Source: Desulfuromonadales bacterium | GTDB taxonomy: Bacteria; Desulfobacterota; Desulfuromonadia; Desulfuromonadales; UBA2294 | Direction: 5' to 3' | Assembly: GCA_041592975.1 (NCBI GenBank) | Contig: JBFHOZ010000002.1 | Span: 1-33,176 of the forward strand | Length of the DNA: 33,176 nucleotides | Shown here: piece by piece, positions 9,699 to 19,289 of the stretch | Numbering within the stretch: the stretch's first letter is position 1 | Layout of the letters: every line of letters starts with the position of its first letter | Notes under the pieces: generated by a model | Seen by the model: only the letters and a program-made list of their open reading frames with translations | What the model was told of the DNA's origin: nothing | The model's database searches: none | Made by a program: the position numbers and the translations under genes

Positions 9699-10790
9699 AT
9701 GTCCGAAAAAAAATATATGCAGCTGGCGCTCGAGCTTGCCTCCCGGGGGGAAGGGCGTACCGCCCCGAATCCACCCGTCGGAGCCGTCGTCGTGCGCGAT
9801 GACGTCGTGGTCGGGCAGGGGTTCCATCCCCGGGCCGGCGAGCCGCATGCCGAGATCCACGCTCTGCGGGAAGCCGGCGACCGCGCCGCCGGGGGGACGC
9901 TCTACGTGACCCTCGAACCCTGCAACCATCAGGGGCGCACCGGCCCGTGCACCGAAGCGGTGATCGCTGCCGGTATCGCCAGGGTGGTCGTCGGCTGTCA
10001 GGACCCCAATCCCGAGGTCTCCGGGAGCGGCATCGACAGGCTGCGGGAGGCGGGGCTCGAGGTTGCGGTCGGGCGCCTCAATGAGGACTGCCGCAGATTG
10101 ATCGCGCCGTTCGCCAAGCACGTCACCACCGGGTTGCCGCTGGTCACCCTGAAGATGGCGATGACCCTCGACGGCCAGACCTCGACCTCGACGGGCGATT
10201 CGCGATGGATCAGCGGCGAGATGAGCCGGCAATACGTTCACCGGATGAGGGATCGGGCGGACGCCATCATGGTCGGTATCGGCACGGTGCTGGCCGACGA
10301 CCCGAAGCTGACGACGCGCCACCCGGAAGGGGGGAGGGATCCCCTCCGGGTTGTCGTCGATACGCACCTGCGGATTCCGGAAACTGCGCAGCTTTTGACC
10401 GTCGATTCGCAGGCCGGCACCATCGTCTTTACGACCGATGCGGCCGATGCACGCAAGCGTGAGAGACTCGTGAAGATCGGCGTCGAGGTCGTCGTCGTCC
10501 CGGCGGTCGAGGAGCGCGTCGACCTGCAGTCGGTCATGCTGGATCTCGGCCGGCGCAACATCCAGTCGGTCCTCCTGGAGGGGGGCGCCACCCTGGCCGC
10601 CGAAGCGTTGCGGCGTCGCGTCGTCGACCGGGCGGCTTTTTTCATCGCGCCCATGCTGTTCGGGGGGGACGACGGCTCGGCGGTGTTCAGCGGTCGCGGC
10701 TGCCGGCTGGTGAAGGAAGCCGTCAGGCTCGACAATGTCCGTATCCGGCAAATCGCCGATGATATACTGGTCGAAGGGGAGGTGGCCTGA
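9699..10790 (+). CDS. ribD: Bifunctional riboflavin biosynthesis protein RibD (deaminase/reductase)
   Basis: ATG at 9699 (codon 138 of track ORF 9288..10790) gives MSEKKYMQLALELASRGEGRTAPNPPVGAVVV, HAEIHAL and TLEPCNHQGRTGPC. The upstream part of the track ORF is an out-of-frame overlap of nrdR. Confidence 0.93.
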   Translation: MSEKKYMQLALELASRGEGRTAPNPPVGAVVVRDDVVVGQGFHPRAGEPHAEIHALREAGDRAAGGTLYVTLEPCNHQGRTGPCTEAVIAAGIARVVVGCQDPNPEVSGSGIDRLREAGLEVAVGRLNEDCRRLIAPFAKHVTTGLPLVTLKMAMTLDGQTSTSTGDSRWISGEMSRQYVHRMRDRADAIMVGIGTVLADDPKLTTRHPEGGRDPLRVVVDTHLRIPETAQLLTVDSQAGTIVFTTDAADARKRERLVKIGVEVVVVPAVEERVDLQSVMLDLGRRNIQSVLLEGGATLAAEALRRRVVDRAAFFIAPMLFGGDDGSAVFSGRGCRLVKEAVRLDNVRIRQIADDILVEGEVA

Positions 10791-11440
10791 TGTTTACCGG
10801 ACTGATCGAGGATTGCGGATCGATTGACAGCCTGAGACGGACCGGCAACGGGATGCAGGTGTCGGTGCAGACCGGCCTGCCGGTCGACGAGCTCAATCTC
10901 GGGGACTCGGTTGCCGTCAACGGCGCCTGCCTGACCGTCGTTGCCAAGGGGAGCGCGTCGTTCTCCGCCGACATGTCTCCGGAGACGTACGACCGGACCA
11001 CCTTCAGCTCCCTTGTTCGCGGCAGCCGGGTCAACCTCGAGCGGGCGTTGCGCGTCGGCGACCGTCTCGGCGGGCACATCGTTACCGGCCACGTCGACGC
11101 CGTCGGCAAGGTGATCTCTGTCAGGACCGTCCAGAACGCCGTCGTCATCGGCATGGAGGTGCCGGCGGATTGGGCGCGTTATCTCGTGCCGAAGGGGTCG
11201 GTTGCCATTGACGGCATCAGTCTTACGGTGAACGACGTCACGGACAACCGGTTTTCGGTCAGCGTCATCCCGCATACGCTGGCGGCCACGACCCTCGCCG
11301 ACTGCAAGGCGGGAGACGCGGTCAACATCGAAACCGACATCCTCGGCAAGTACGTCGAACGCCTTCTCGGCCATGGGGCCGGGGTGAAAGGGGATTCGAA
11401 AGTGACCGGCGAATTCCTTGCCAAGCACGGCTTTATGTGA
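10790..11440 (+). CDS. ribE: Riboflavin synthase (alpha chain)
   Basis: [13 protein letters not shown]-terminus, with a duplicated lumazine-binding repeat ([13 protein letters not shown] / [12 protein letters not shown]). 1-nt TGATG overlap with ribD. Confidence 0.93.
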   Translation: MFTGLIEDCGSIDSLRRTGNGMQVSVQTGLPVDELNLGDSVAVNGACLTVVAKGSASFSADMSPETYDRTTFSSLVRGSRVNLERALRVGDRLGGHIVTGHVDAVGKVISVRTVQNAVVIGMEVPADWARYLVPKGSVAIDGISLTVNDVTDNRFSVSVIPHTLAATTLADCKAGDAVNIETDILGKYVERLLGHGAGVKGDSKVTGEFLAKHGFM

Positions 11441-11469
11441 CATATTTGGCTGTTCGAAAGGATTGACAC

Positions 11470-12675
11470 ATGCCGATTGCGAATATCGAAGCTGCCCTGG
11501 AGGACCTGCGCCAGGGCAAAATGATCATACTGGTCGACGACGAGGACCGGGAAAACGAGGGCGATCTCGTCATTGCCGCCGAAAAAGTCACCCCCGAGGC
11601 GATCAATTTCATGGCCCGCGAGGGGCGCGGATTGATCTGCCTTTCGCTGACCGAACGGCGCGCCGACGAACTTGAGCTGCCGCTGATGGTGCAGGACAAC
11701 TCCTCCTCTTTCGGCACCGCCTTTACCGTTTCGATCGAGGCCCGGACCGGGGTTTCGACCGGGATCTCCGCTGCCGACCGGGCACGGACCATTCAGGTGG
11801 CCATCGACGACGAGACCCGCCCGTTCGACCTGGCCCGCCCGGGACATATCTTCCCCCTGCGCGCCAAGAAGGGGGGGGTGCTGGTCCGCGCGGGGCAGAC
11901 GGAGGGGTCGGTCGACCTGTCGCGACTGGCCGGGCTGAAGCCGGCCGGGGTCATCTGCGAGATCATGAACGACGACGGCACCATGTCGCGCATGCCCGAG
12001 CTTCGGGCCTTTTCAAAGAAGCATGGCCTGCGCATCGTCACGATCGCCGATCTTGTCGCCTACCGGCTGCAGAAGGAGCTCCTCGTGCGCCGGGCGGCCG
12101 AAGTTGTTTTGCCGACCCCGTACGGCGGCGACTTCAAGGCGATCGCCTACGAGAACGAGGTCGACAATGCCAATCACCTCGCCCTGGTCAAGGGGGAGGT
12201 CGACCCGGAGAAGCCGGTGCTTGTCCGGGTGCACTCCGAGTGCCTGACCGGCGACGTGTTCGGCTCGCAGCGGTGCGATTGCGGCGATCAGCTGCATTCG
12301 GCCATGCAGCAGATCGACCGCGAGGGGAACGGCGTGATCCTCTACATGCGCCAGGAAGGGCGCGGGATCGGCCTGATCAACAAGCTCAAGGCCTACTCGC
12401 TGCAGGACCAGGGGCACGACACGGTCGAGGCGAACGAGGTGCTCGGCTTCAAGGCCGACCTGCGCGATTACGGCATCGGCGCACAGATCCTCAACGAGCT
12501 CGGAGTCCGGCAGATCCGCCTGATGACCAACAACCCGAAGAAGATCGTCGGTCTCGAGGGGTACGGCCTGAAGATCGTCGAGCGGGTGCCGATCGAGGTC
12601 GCGGCCACCGGCAGCAATATCGAGTATCTCAAGACCAAGCGGGAAAAGATGGGACACCTTCTGGAAAATATCTGA
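11470..12675 (+). CDS. ribBA: Bifunctional 3,4-dihydroxy-2-butanone-4-phosphate synthase / GTP cyclohydrolase II
   Basis: 401 aa. [13 protein letters not shown] marks the DHBP synthase half and [16 protein letters not shown] marks the GCH II half. Confidence 0.95.
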   Translation: MPIANIEAALEDLRQGKMIILVDDEDRENEGDLVIAAEKVTPEAINFMAREGRGLICLSLTERRADELELPLMVQDNSSSFGTAFTVSIEARTGVSTGISAADRARTIQVAIDDETRPFDLARPGHIFPLRAKKGGVLVRAGQTEGSVDLSRLAGLKPAGVICEIMNDDGTMSRMPELRAFSKKHGLRIVTIADLVAYRLQKELLVRRAAEVVLPTPYGGDFKAIAYENEVDNANHLALVKGEVDPEKPVLVRVHSECLTGDVFGSQRCDCGDQLHSAMQQIDREGNGVILYMRQEGRGIGLINKLKAYSLQDQGHDTVEANEVLGFKADLRDYGIGAQILNELGVRQIRLMTNNPKKIVGLEGYGLKIVERVPIEVAATGSNIEYLKTKREKMGHLLENI

Positions 12676-12692
12676 CCTGGGGAGATGAAAGA

Positions 12693-13163
12693 ATGGCCAA
12701 ACTGATTGAAGGAAAACTGGATGCGTCCGGTCTGAGGTTCGGGCTGCTGGTCAGCCGGTTCAACAGCTTTATTTCCGACCGGCTGCTCGAGGGGGCGACC
12801 GACGCACTGGTCCGCCACGGCGCTTCCGAAGAGAACCTGACCGTCGTCAAGGTCCCCGGAGCTTTCGAGCTTCCGGTCGCCGCCAGGAAAATGGTCGCCA
12901 CCGGCAAGTTCGACGCGATCATCTGTCTCGGCGCCGTCATTCGCGGCGCGACGCCGCATTTCGATTACGTCAGCGCCGAGGTCTCCAAGGGGATCGCGTC
13001 GGTCAGCCTCGATTCGGGCGTTCCGGTCGCTTTCGGCGTCCTGACGACCGACAACATCGAGCAGGCGGTCGAAAGAGCCGGGACCAAGTCGGGCAACAAG
13101 GGGTTCGAGGCGGCTGTCGGCGCCATTGAAATGGTCAACCTGTTCCGGGCCATGGACGCCTGA
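12693..13163 (+). CDS. ribH: 6,7-dimethyl-8-ribityllumazine synthase
   Basis: ATG at 12693 gives [35 protein letters not shown]... (156 aa). The 5' part of track ORF 12240..13163 is an out-of-frame overlap of ribBA. Confidence 0.95.
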   Translation: MAKLIEGKLDASGLRFGLLVSRFNSFISDRLLEGATDALVRHGASEENLTVVKVPGAFELPVAARKMVATGKFDAIICLGAVIRGATPHFDYVSAEVSKGIASVSLDSGVPVAFGVLTTDNIEQAVERAGTKSGNKGFEAAVGAIEMVNLFRAMDA

Positions 13164-13627
13164 TGGGACAAGGTACTCGTCGTCAGGGGCGCGAACTCGC
13201 CCTGAAAGTGCTTTACAGTCTTTACGATCACGACAGGGAAATCGATTTTATCCTCAAGGACTTCTGGGACAACTTCCGGTTTCACGACGATGTCCTCGGG
13301 GAGCCGATCGAGGATTCCGTGCGCACGGTGCCGGCGCACGTCAAAGCATTTGCCGAGACGCTGATCAGGGGCGTCGTCAACAACCTCTCCAGCATCGACG
13401 CGATCATCGAAACGCATTCGACCAACTGGGCTCTCGACCGGATGGCGCGGGTCGATCTTTCACTGCTCCGACTCGCCGTATTCGAGCTTCTTCACCAGCC
13501 GGACGTGCCGGCAAGCGTGGTGATGAACGAGGCGATCGAAATCGGCAAGCGCTACGGCACCAAGGACACGCCGCCGTTCGTCAACGGCATCCTCGACAAG
13601 ATATCGCAGCAGGTTGTCAGGCCATGA
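13163..13627 (+). CDS. nusB: Transcription antitermination factor NusB
   Basis: 154 aa with RRQGRELALKVLY. The ribH-nusB adjacency is widely conserved. 1-nt TGATG overlap with ribH. Confidence 0.93.
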   Translation: MGQGTRRQGRELALKVLYSLYDHDREIDFILKDFWDNFRFHDDVLGEPIEDSVRTVPAHVKAFAETLIRGVVNNLSSIDAIIETHSTNWALDRMARVDLSLLRLAVFELLHQPDVPASVVMNEAIEIGKRYGTKDTPPFVNGILDKISQQVVRP

Positions 13628-14121
13628 GCGAAACGCATTTTCTCGACCTGCCGCCGGACCGCATGGAGGGGGAGGTGGCAGTGGTTTTCTTCTTCGAAGA
13701 CGACCGCCCCCTGCATGGCGCCGCCTCGCTGCTCGACTGGCGACTCAACGGCAGGATGACCGAACTGCTGCTCTCCGGGGCGGTGACCGGCCGGCTTGGC
13801 GACGTGGTTGTTTTTCGCAACAACGGCAAGCTGGATGCCGACTGGGCGCTCCTCATGGGGGGCGGTAAACGGGAGCGGCTGTCGGTCGCCCTCTGGGAGC
13901 GGCTGCTGAAAAAAGCGATCAAGGTCTGCCAGAAAGCCGGCTTCGAGCGCGTCGCTTTCAGTCTCGACAGCCAGGCCGATGTGCCGATGTCGCAGATCCG
14001 GAAGGTGGCCGAGAATCTCCTGGGCGAGCTCAGGGACACACCGCTGGAATGTCTTTTCTCATTTGACACCGTGCCGGTTCTGGCGACGGACAGAAGCGAC
14101 AAGCAGACCTCATTATTGTAA
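13624..14121 (+). CDS. Hypothetical 165-aa protein (weak resemblance to the N-terminal, non-catalytic domain of M17 leucyl aminopeptidases)
   Basis: ATG at 13624 overlaps the nusB stop (ATGA). GC3-rich codon pattern matches the neighbours. The product is MSETHFLDLPPDRMEGEVAVVFFFEDDRPLHGAASLLDWRLNGRMTELLLSG.... The domain suggestion comes from memory of the family pattern, not from a search. Confidence 0.65.
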   Translation: MSETHFLDLPPDRMEGEVAVVFFFEDDRPLHGAASLLDWRLNGRMTELLLSGAVTGRLGDVVVFRNNGKLDADWALLMGGGKRERLSVALWERLLKKAIKVCQKAGFERVAFSLDSQADVPMSQIRKVAENLLGELRDTPLECLFSFDTVPVLATDRSDKQTSLL

Positions 14122-14150
14122 TTTACGCCAGAAAGGGACTGATTGAAGGT

Positions 14151-15461
14151 ATGAAACAGATACGCGCAGGTTTGCTGGGGTTCGGCACCATCGGCACCGG
14201 AGTCGTCAAGGTGTTCCAGAAGAACTCGGAGCTTCTCAAGGCGAGGCTCGGCGCCGAGCTGATGCTGGCGAAGATCGCCGATCTCGATATCACCACCGAC
14301 CGGGGGGTCAGTCTTCCCGAAGGCGTGCTGACCACCAGCGCCGACGACGTGCTGGTCAATCCGGAGATCGATATCGTCATCGAGCTCATCGGCGGCTACG
14401 AGCCGGCCCGCACCTTCGTGCTCAGGGCGATCGAGAACGGCAAGCACATCGTTACCGCCAACAAGGCGCTGCTGGCGCTGCACGGCGATGAGATCTTCGC
14501 CGCGGCGGCGAAGCACGGCGTCGAGGTCATGTTCGAGGCATCGGTCGGCGGCGGCATCCCGATCATCTCGTCGATCAAGGAGAACCTCTGCGCCAACAAC
14601 TTCCGCTCCGTGTTCGGCATCCTCAACGGCACCTGCAACTACATCCTGACGCAGATGACCAACGAGGGGGCCGAATTCGCCGACGTCCTCAAGGTGGCCC
14701 AGGAGAAGGGGTACGCCGAAGCCGACCCGACCTTCGACGTCGAGGGGGTCGACACCGCCCACAAACTGGCGCTGATGATCGCCCTCTGCTTCGGCACCAA
14801 GGTCCGGTTCGACGACGTCTACACCGAGGGGATCAGCAACATCACTCCCCTCGACATCGAATACGCCGAGCTTTTCGGCTACAAGATCAAGCTGCTCGCC
14901 ATCGGCAAGGCCGACAACGGCAAGATCGAGGCCCGCGTCCACCCGACCATGGTGCCGCAGCACTACCCCCTGGCCGACGTCGACGGCGTCTTCAACGCCG
15001 TCCGCCTGGTCGGCGACTTCGTCGGCCCGGTCATGCAGTACGGGCACGGGGCCGGCATGGAAGCCACCGCCAGCGCCGTCATGGGGGACGTCATGTCCAT
15101 CGCCCGGGGGATCGCTTCCGGCGCCGGCCAGCGCACCCCGCCGATGGCCTATTGCGCCGACGCCATCCGCAAGATCGAGGTCAAGCCGATGGCCGAGATC
15201 GTCACCGAGTACTACATGCGGGTCGGGGTGATCGACGCGCCGGGGGTCCTCTCGAAGATCTCCGGCATCCTCGGCGATCACGGCATCAGCATCGCCTCGA
15301 TGATCCAGCCGGAGCGGGAGGAGGGGGGCTCGATCCCCATCGTCTTCCTGACGCACGAATCGCGCGAAGGGGACGTCCGCAAGGCGATCGCCGAAATCGA
15401 CCAGCTCGACATCGTCACCGAGAACACCCACTTCATCCGTATCGAAGCCGAAATGGAATGA
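14151..15461 (+). CDS. hom: Homoserine dehydrogenase
   Basis: 436 aa. It has a GLLGFGTIGTG Rossmann motif at the N-terminus, a central catalytic domain and a C-terminal ACT domain. Confidence 0.95.
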   Translation: MKQIRAGLLGFGTIGTGVVKVFQKNSELLKARLGAELMLAKIADLDITTDRGVSLPEGVLTTSADDVLVNPEIDIVIELIGGYEPARTFVLRAIENGKHIVTANKALLALHGDEIFAAAAKHGVEVMFEASVGGGIPIISSIKENLCANNFRSVFGILNGTCNYILTQMTNEGAEFADVLKVAQEKGYAEADPTFDVEGVDTAHKLALMIALCFGTKVRFDDVYTEGISNITPLDIEYAELFGYKIKLLAIGKADNGKIEARVHPTMVPQHYPLADVDGVFNAVRLVGDFVGPVMQYGHGAGMEATASAVMGDVMSIARGIASGAGQRTPPMAYCADAIRKIEVKPMAEIVTEYYMRVGVIDAPGVLSKISGILGDHGISIASMIQPEREEGGSIPIVFLTHESREGDVRKAIAEIDQLDIVTENTHFIRIEAEME

Positions 15462-15485
15462 GCCACATGACGATATGCTTTCCTG

Positions 15486-15517
15486 AAAGGCACCCGCCCC
15501 GGGTGCCTTTTGTTTTG
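15486..15517 (+). terminator. Intrinsic terminator after hom
   Basis: AAAGGCACCC (15486-15495), loop GCCCC, GGGTGCCTTT (15501-15510), then TGTTTTG. Confidence 0.75.
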
Positions 15518-15610
15518 CCTGCCAGAACAATTGTTTATTTGACTTGCATTCGGCTATCGCCGACGTTATCCTTTTTTATCTTTCTGTAATCACTAACAAT
15601 GGAGGCGAAC

Positions 15611-17053
15611 ATGAGAGTGAAAGTTGGGGTGCTGGTCGTGTTGGCAGTACTTTTCGGTTTCTCCGGCAGCGCCATGGCGTCCGGGTTTGCTCTTGCCGAG
15701 CAGAGCGTCAGCGGCCTCGGGAATGCTTTTGCCGGCGGTGCGGCGTCTGCCGAAGACGCATCGACTGTCTGGTTTAATCCTGCCGGAATGACGCGGATCA
15801 AGGGGAAGCAGGCAATGGCGGCTATGCATGTAATAATCCCCAAGGCTAAATTTACAAATAAGGGTTCGCTAGCTGCGACTACACCAATTGTAGCGGAAAC
15901 AGTTAATACGACTCCACCGCATGCGACTATTACACCGGCAATCCCTTCCTTTGGTCTGATGGGTGGTGGTAATGGCGGCGACGCTGGTGGCGCAGCGCCT
16001 GTTCCGAATGCTTATTACGTAGAAACATTTGATACAGGCTGGTCTTTTGGTCTGGGCATTAATGTTCCTTTCGGGCTGTCTACAGAGTACGACCGGAACT
16101 GGGTTGGTCGTTATCATGGTGTGAAATCTGAAGTACAAACCATTAATCTCAACCCTGCAGCGGCACACAAAGTAAATGATAACTTCAGCTACGGATTTGG
16201 TGTCAGTATCCAGCATCTGGACGCTTCATTGTCGAACGCTGTTGATTTTGGTCTTTTGGATGCTCTTGGTTTCTTTGACCCAGTATTGACTGACGGTACA
16301 AAGGACCCGGTTTTTTTAATGACCCCACAGGGTGATGATGGTTTTACCGAAGCTGAAGGTGACAGTTGGGGCTTTGGTTTTAATATCGGCTTTCTTTACG
16401 AATTTGATGATTCGAAAAGAGTAGGTTTTGCGTACAGGTCCAAGATTGAACATGATGTTGATGGCGATGTAACCTGGGCATTACCTACAACCAACAATTT
16501 TCACTTAGCGATGGCAGCGAACAATACTTTCCAGAATGGTGGTGTAAAAGTTGATATTAAACTGCCGAGTTCTGCATCCCTTAGCTACTACCAGGATGTC
16601 AATGAAAAGCTGTCGTTCATGGTCGACATCCAATGGACCGAATGGAGTGTTCTTGATAAGTTGGTCTTGAATTATGCCGACACGACTCCAGACGGTGTTA
16701 CAACTTTCGAGTGGGACGACACCATGCGTTATTCGGTTGGTGTGACCTATCAGTACAATGACAAGTGCAAGTTGCGTGGTGGCATCGCCTTCGATGAAAC
16801 TCCGATCCCGAACGAAGTACTGCGCGGTGTCCGGGTTCCGGGAGAAGATCGCACATGGTTAACTCTTGGTGGTAGCCATTCTTTTGATAACGGATGGAGT
16901 TTTGATCTGGCTTATGCACATATCATGACCGATGACCCGAAAATCAACAAGGTCAACTCTTTCACATCAGAAGACGTAACACGTGGTTGGATTAATGGCG
17001 AATATGACGCCTCAGTCAGTATCATCAGTGGCCAGTTGAACTACAATTTCTAA
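15611..17053 (+). CDS. FadL/TodX-family outer-membrane hydrophobic-compound (long-chain fatty acid/aromatic) channel
   Basis: ATG at 15611 follows GGAGG (15601-15605). The signal peptide is MRVKVGVLVVLAVLFGFSGSAMA|SGF. The hatch-domain motif AEQSVSGLGNAFAG...WFNPAGM is present, and the protein ends in a C-terminal Phe (QLNYNF), typical of OMP beta-barrels. Confidence 0.88.
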   Translation: MRVKVGVLVVLAVLFGFSGSAMASGFALAEQSVSGLGNAFAGGAASAEDASTVWFNPAGMTRIKGKQAMAAMHVIIPKAKFTNKGSLAATTPIVAETVNTTPPHATITPAIPSFGLMGGGNGGDAGGAAPVPNAYYVETFDTGWSFGLGINVPFGLSTEYDRNWVGRYHGVKSEVQTINLNPAAAHKVNDNFSYGFGVSIQHLDASLSNAVDFGLLDALGFFDPVLTDGTKDPVFLMTPQGDDGFTEAEGDSWGFGFNIGFLYEFDDSKRVGFAYRSKIEHDVDGDVTWALPTTNNFHLAMAANNTFQNGGVKVDIKLPSSASLSYYQDVNEKLSFMVDIQWTEWSVLDKLVLNYADTTPDGVTTFEWDDTMRYSVGVTYQYNDKCKLRGGIAFDETPIPNEVLRGVRVPGEDRTWLTLGGSHSFDNGWSFDLAYAHIMTDDPKINKVNSFTSEDVTRGWINGEYDASVSIISGQLNYNF

Positions 17054-17072
17054 GAGAATCATTGCAGGAACG

Positions 17073-17105
17073 AAGCCCGGCCTCTCGGCCGGGCTTTTCT
17101 GTTGT
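17073..17105 (+). terminator. Intrinsic terminator after the FadL-family gene
   Basis: AAGCCCGGCC (17073-17082), loop TCTC, GGCCGGGCTT (17087-17096), then TTCTGTTGTT. Confidence 0.75.
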
Positions 17106-17167
17106 TCCTGACGATCTCAACTGCGTGAAGTGAAAAGAAAAAAACCGTTTTTTTGCCGTAAAAACTC

Positions 17168-17196
17168 TTGACTCGCATGGGTGGTTCTGATAATAA
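17168..17196 (+). promoter_or_regulatory. Stable-RNA-type sigma70 promoter for tRNA-Val
   Basis: TTGACT (17168-17173), a 17-nt spacer, then TAATAA (17191-17196). An A/T-rich UP-like tract lies upstream (17132-17166). A GC-rich discriminator GCGTCCGC (17199-17206) lies between the -10 and the tRNA 5' end. Confidence 0.55.
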
Positions 17197-17216
17197 TTGC
17201 GTCCGCTGTTGATTGT

Positions 17217-17291
<75 letters not shown>

Positions 17292-17316
17292 TAAACTGCA
17301 CAGCAGCTTTTCCGAT

Positions 17317-17347
17317 AAAGAGGCATCCGACGATGCCTCTTTTCATT
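17317..17347 (+). terminator. Hairpin plus T-tract between tRNA-Val and thrS (tRNA terminator and/or thrS leader element)
   Basis: AAAGAGGCATC (17317-17327), loop CGAC, GATGCCTCTTT (17332-17342), then TCATTC. It ends 16 nt before the thrS ATG. Confidence 0.6.
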
Positions 17348-17362
17348 CATGGAGCATGGTTG

Positions 17363-19279
17363 ATGAGTGAGGTTCGCATAGAACTGCCGGACGGTTCGGT
17401 CAGGGAACTCGCGGCGGGAAGCACCCCGCACGATGTCGCCCTGTCGATCGGCGAGGGGCTGGCCAAGGCGGCGATCGCCGCCAGGGTCGACGGCACCCTG
17501 GTCGATGTCGATACGCCGCTCGAGCGTGATGCCCGAATCGAACTGGTGACCCTCAAGTCGGAAGAGGGGCTCGACATCTACCGCCATTCCGCCGCGCACC
17601 TGATGGCGCACGCCGTCAAGGACCTGTACGGCGACGACGTTCAGGTGACCATCGGCCCGGCGATCGAAAACGGCTTCTATTACGACTTCTTCAGCGACAA
17701 GCACACCTTCTCGCCGGAGGAGTTCGACAAGATCGAAAAGCGGATGGCCGAGATCGCCTCGCAGAACCTGCCGATCGAACGCGAAGTCCTCTCGAAGGAC
17801 GAGGCGATCGCGTTCTTCCGGTCGCTGGGCGAGGACTACAAGGTCGAACTGATCGAGGACCTCGACGAGCCGACCGTTTCCGTCTACAGGCAGGGGGACT
17901 TTGCCGACCTCTGCCGCGGTCCGCACCTCCCCTCGACCGGTCATATCAAGGCGTTCAAGCTGACCTCGGTGGCCGGCGCCTACTGGCGCGGCGACGAGAA
18001 GAACGCCATGCTGCAGCGCATCTACGCGACGGCGTTCCCCGACAAGAAGGAGCTCAAGCAGCACCTGGCCAGGCTGGAGGAGGCGCGCAAGCGCGATCAC
18101 CGCAAGCTCGGCAAGGAGCTCGATCTATTTTCGTTCAACGAGGAGGCCGGCGCCGGCCTGGTGATCTGGCACCCCAAGGGGGCCATGCTGCGGACCCTGC
18201 TGGAAAACTTCGAGCGGCAGGAGCACCAGAAGCGGGGCTACGACATCGTCATGGGGCCGCAGATACTCAAGACCGAGCTCTGGAAGACGTCGGGTCACTA
18301 CGAGAACTACCGTGAAAACATGTATTTCACCGAGGTCGACGAGCAGGGTTACGGCGTCAAGCCGATGAACTGCCTGGCGCACATGCTGATCTACAAGTCG
18401 AAGAGGCGCTCCTACCGCGACCTGCCGCTGCGCTACTTCGAGCTCGGCACGGTGCACCGCCACGAGAAGTCGGGGGTATTGCACGGCCTGCTGCGGGTGC
18501 GCGGTTTTACCCAGGACGACGCCCACATCCTCTGCATGCCGGAGCAGCTCGACGGCGAGATCAAGGGGGTCATCAACTTCGTTCAGGACGTGATGGGCAT
18601 CTTCGGTTTCGAGTGTTCGATGGAGATCTCGACCCGGCCGGAAAAATCGATCGGTTCGGACGAAGACTGGGACCGTGCAACCAGGGCTCTCATCTCGGCC
18701 CTGGACGACACGAAACTCCCCTACGAAGTCAACGAAGGAGACGGTGCTTTCTACGGTCCGAAGATCGATATCAAGCTGAAGGACTGTCTTGACAGGGAAT
18801 GGCAATGTGCTACAATCCAGTGCGATTTTACCCTGCCCGAGCGTTTTGACCTCACCTACGTGGGGGCTGACGGCGAGAAGCACCGGCCGGTCATGGTTCA
18901 CCGGGTCATTCTCGGTTCCATCGAACGGTTCATCGGTGTTTTGATCGAGCACTACGCCGGAAACTTCCCCCTCTGGATTTCTCCGGTTCAGGCCGTCGTC
19001 GTCAATGTCACCGACAATCAGGCAGAGTACGCCGAACAGGTTTTCAGCCGGCTCCGCGAAGCCGGTATCCGCGTCCAGAAGGACCTGCGCAACGAAAAGC
19101 TCGGATTCAAGATCCGCGAGGCGCAGATGGAAAAGATCCCTTACATGCTGGTCATCGGCGACAAGGAGATGGAGGACGGGACGGTGGCGCCGCGCTACCG
19201 CTCCGGCAAGAACCTGGACCCGATGACGGTGGATGAATTCATCGCTTTGGTAAGGGACGAATGCAATCAGTTCAAATAG
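17363..19279 (+). CDS. thrS: Threonyl-tRNA synthetase
   Basis: ATG at 17363 (codon 45 of track ORF 17231..19279; the upstream part reads through the tRNA). The product begins [26 protein letters not shown] (TGS domain) and is followed by class II aaRS motifs. 638 aa. Confidence 0.95.
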   Translation: MSEVRIELPDGSVRELAAGSTPHDVALSIGEGLAKAAIAARVDGTLVDVDTPLERDARIELVTLKSEEGLDIYRHSAAHLMAHAVKDLYGDDVQVTIGPAIENGFYYDFFSDKHTFSPEEFDKIEKRMAEIASQNLPIEREVLSKDEAIAFFRSLGEDYKVELIEDLDEPTVSVYRQGDFADLCRGPHLPSTGHIKAFKLTSVAGAYWRGDEKNAMLQRIYATAFPDKKELKQHLARLEEARKRDHRKLGKELDLFSFNEEAGAGLVIWHPKGAMLRTLLENFERQEHQKRGYDIVMGPQILKTELWKTSGHYENYRENMYFTEVDEQGYGVKPMNCLAHMLIYKSKRRSYRDLPLRYFELGTVHRHEKSGVLHGLLRVRGFTQDDAHILCMPEQLDGEIKGVINFVQDVMGIFGFECSMEISTRPEKSIGSDEDWDRATRALISALDDTKLPYEVNEGDGAFYGPKIDIKLKDCLDREWQCATIQCDFTLPERFDLTYVGADGEKHRPVMVHRVILGSIERFIGVLIEHYAGNFPLWISPVQAVVVNVTDNQAEYAEQVFSRLREAGIRVQKDLRNEKLGFKIREAQMEKIPYMLVIGDKEMEDGTVAPRYRSGKNLDPMTVDEFIALVRDECNQFK

Positions 19280-19289
19280 GAGGTGTACC

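Noticed and set aside
9670-14150. Three intergenic spacers of identical length (29 nt) at nrdR/ribD, ribE/ribBA and ORF165/hom.
   Set aside because: The three sequences are not alike beyond SD-like AAGG/GGA elements, so this is most likely coincidence.
13617-15530. 637-aa minus-strand ORF antisense to ORF165 and hom.
   Set aside because: Same reasoning: low-complexity Arg/Asp/Gly-rich translation opposite a clear homoserine dehydrogenase. It also spans the hom terminator.
17317-17347. tRNA-Thr anticodon-arm mimic (E. coli-style ThrRS operator) in the hairpin before thrS.
   Set aside because: The loop (CGAC, or CCGACG if the closing pair opens) contains no NGU anticodon-like triplet. Only the position is analogous.
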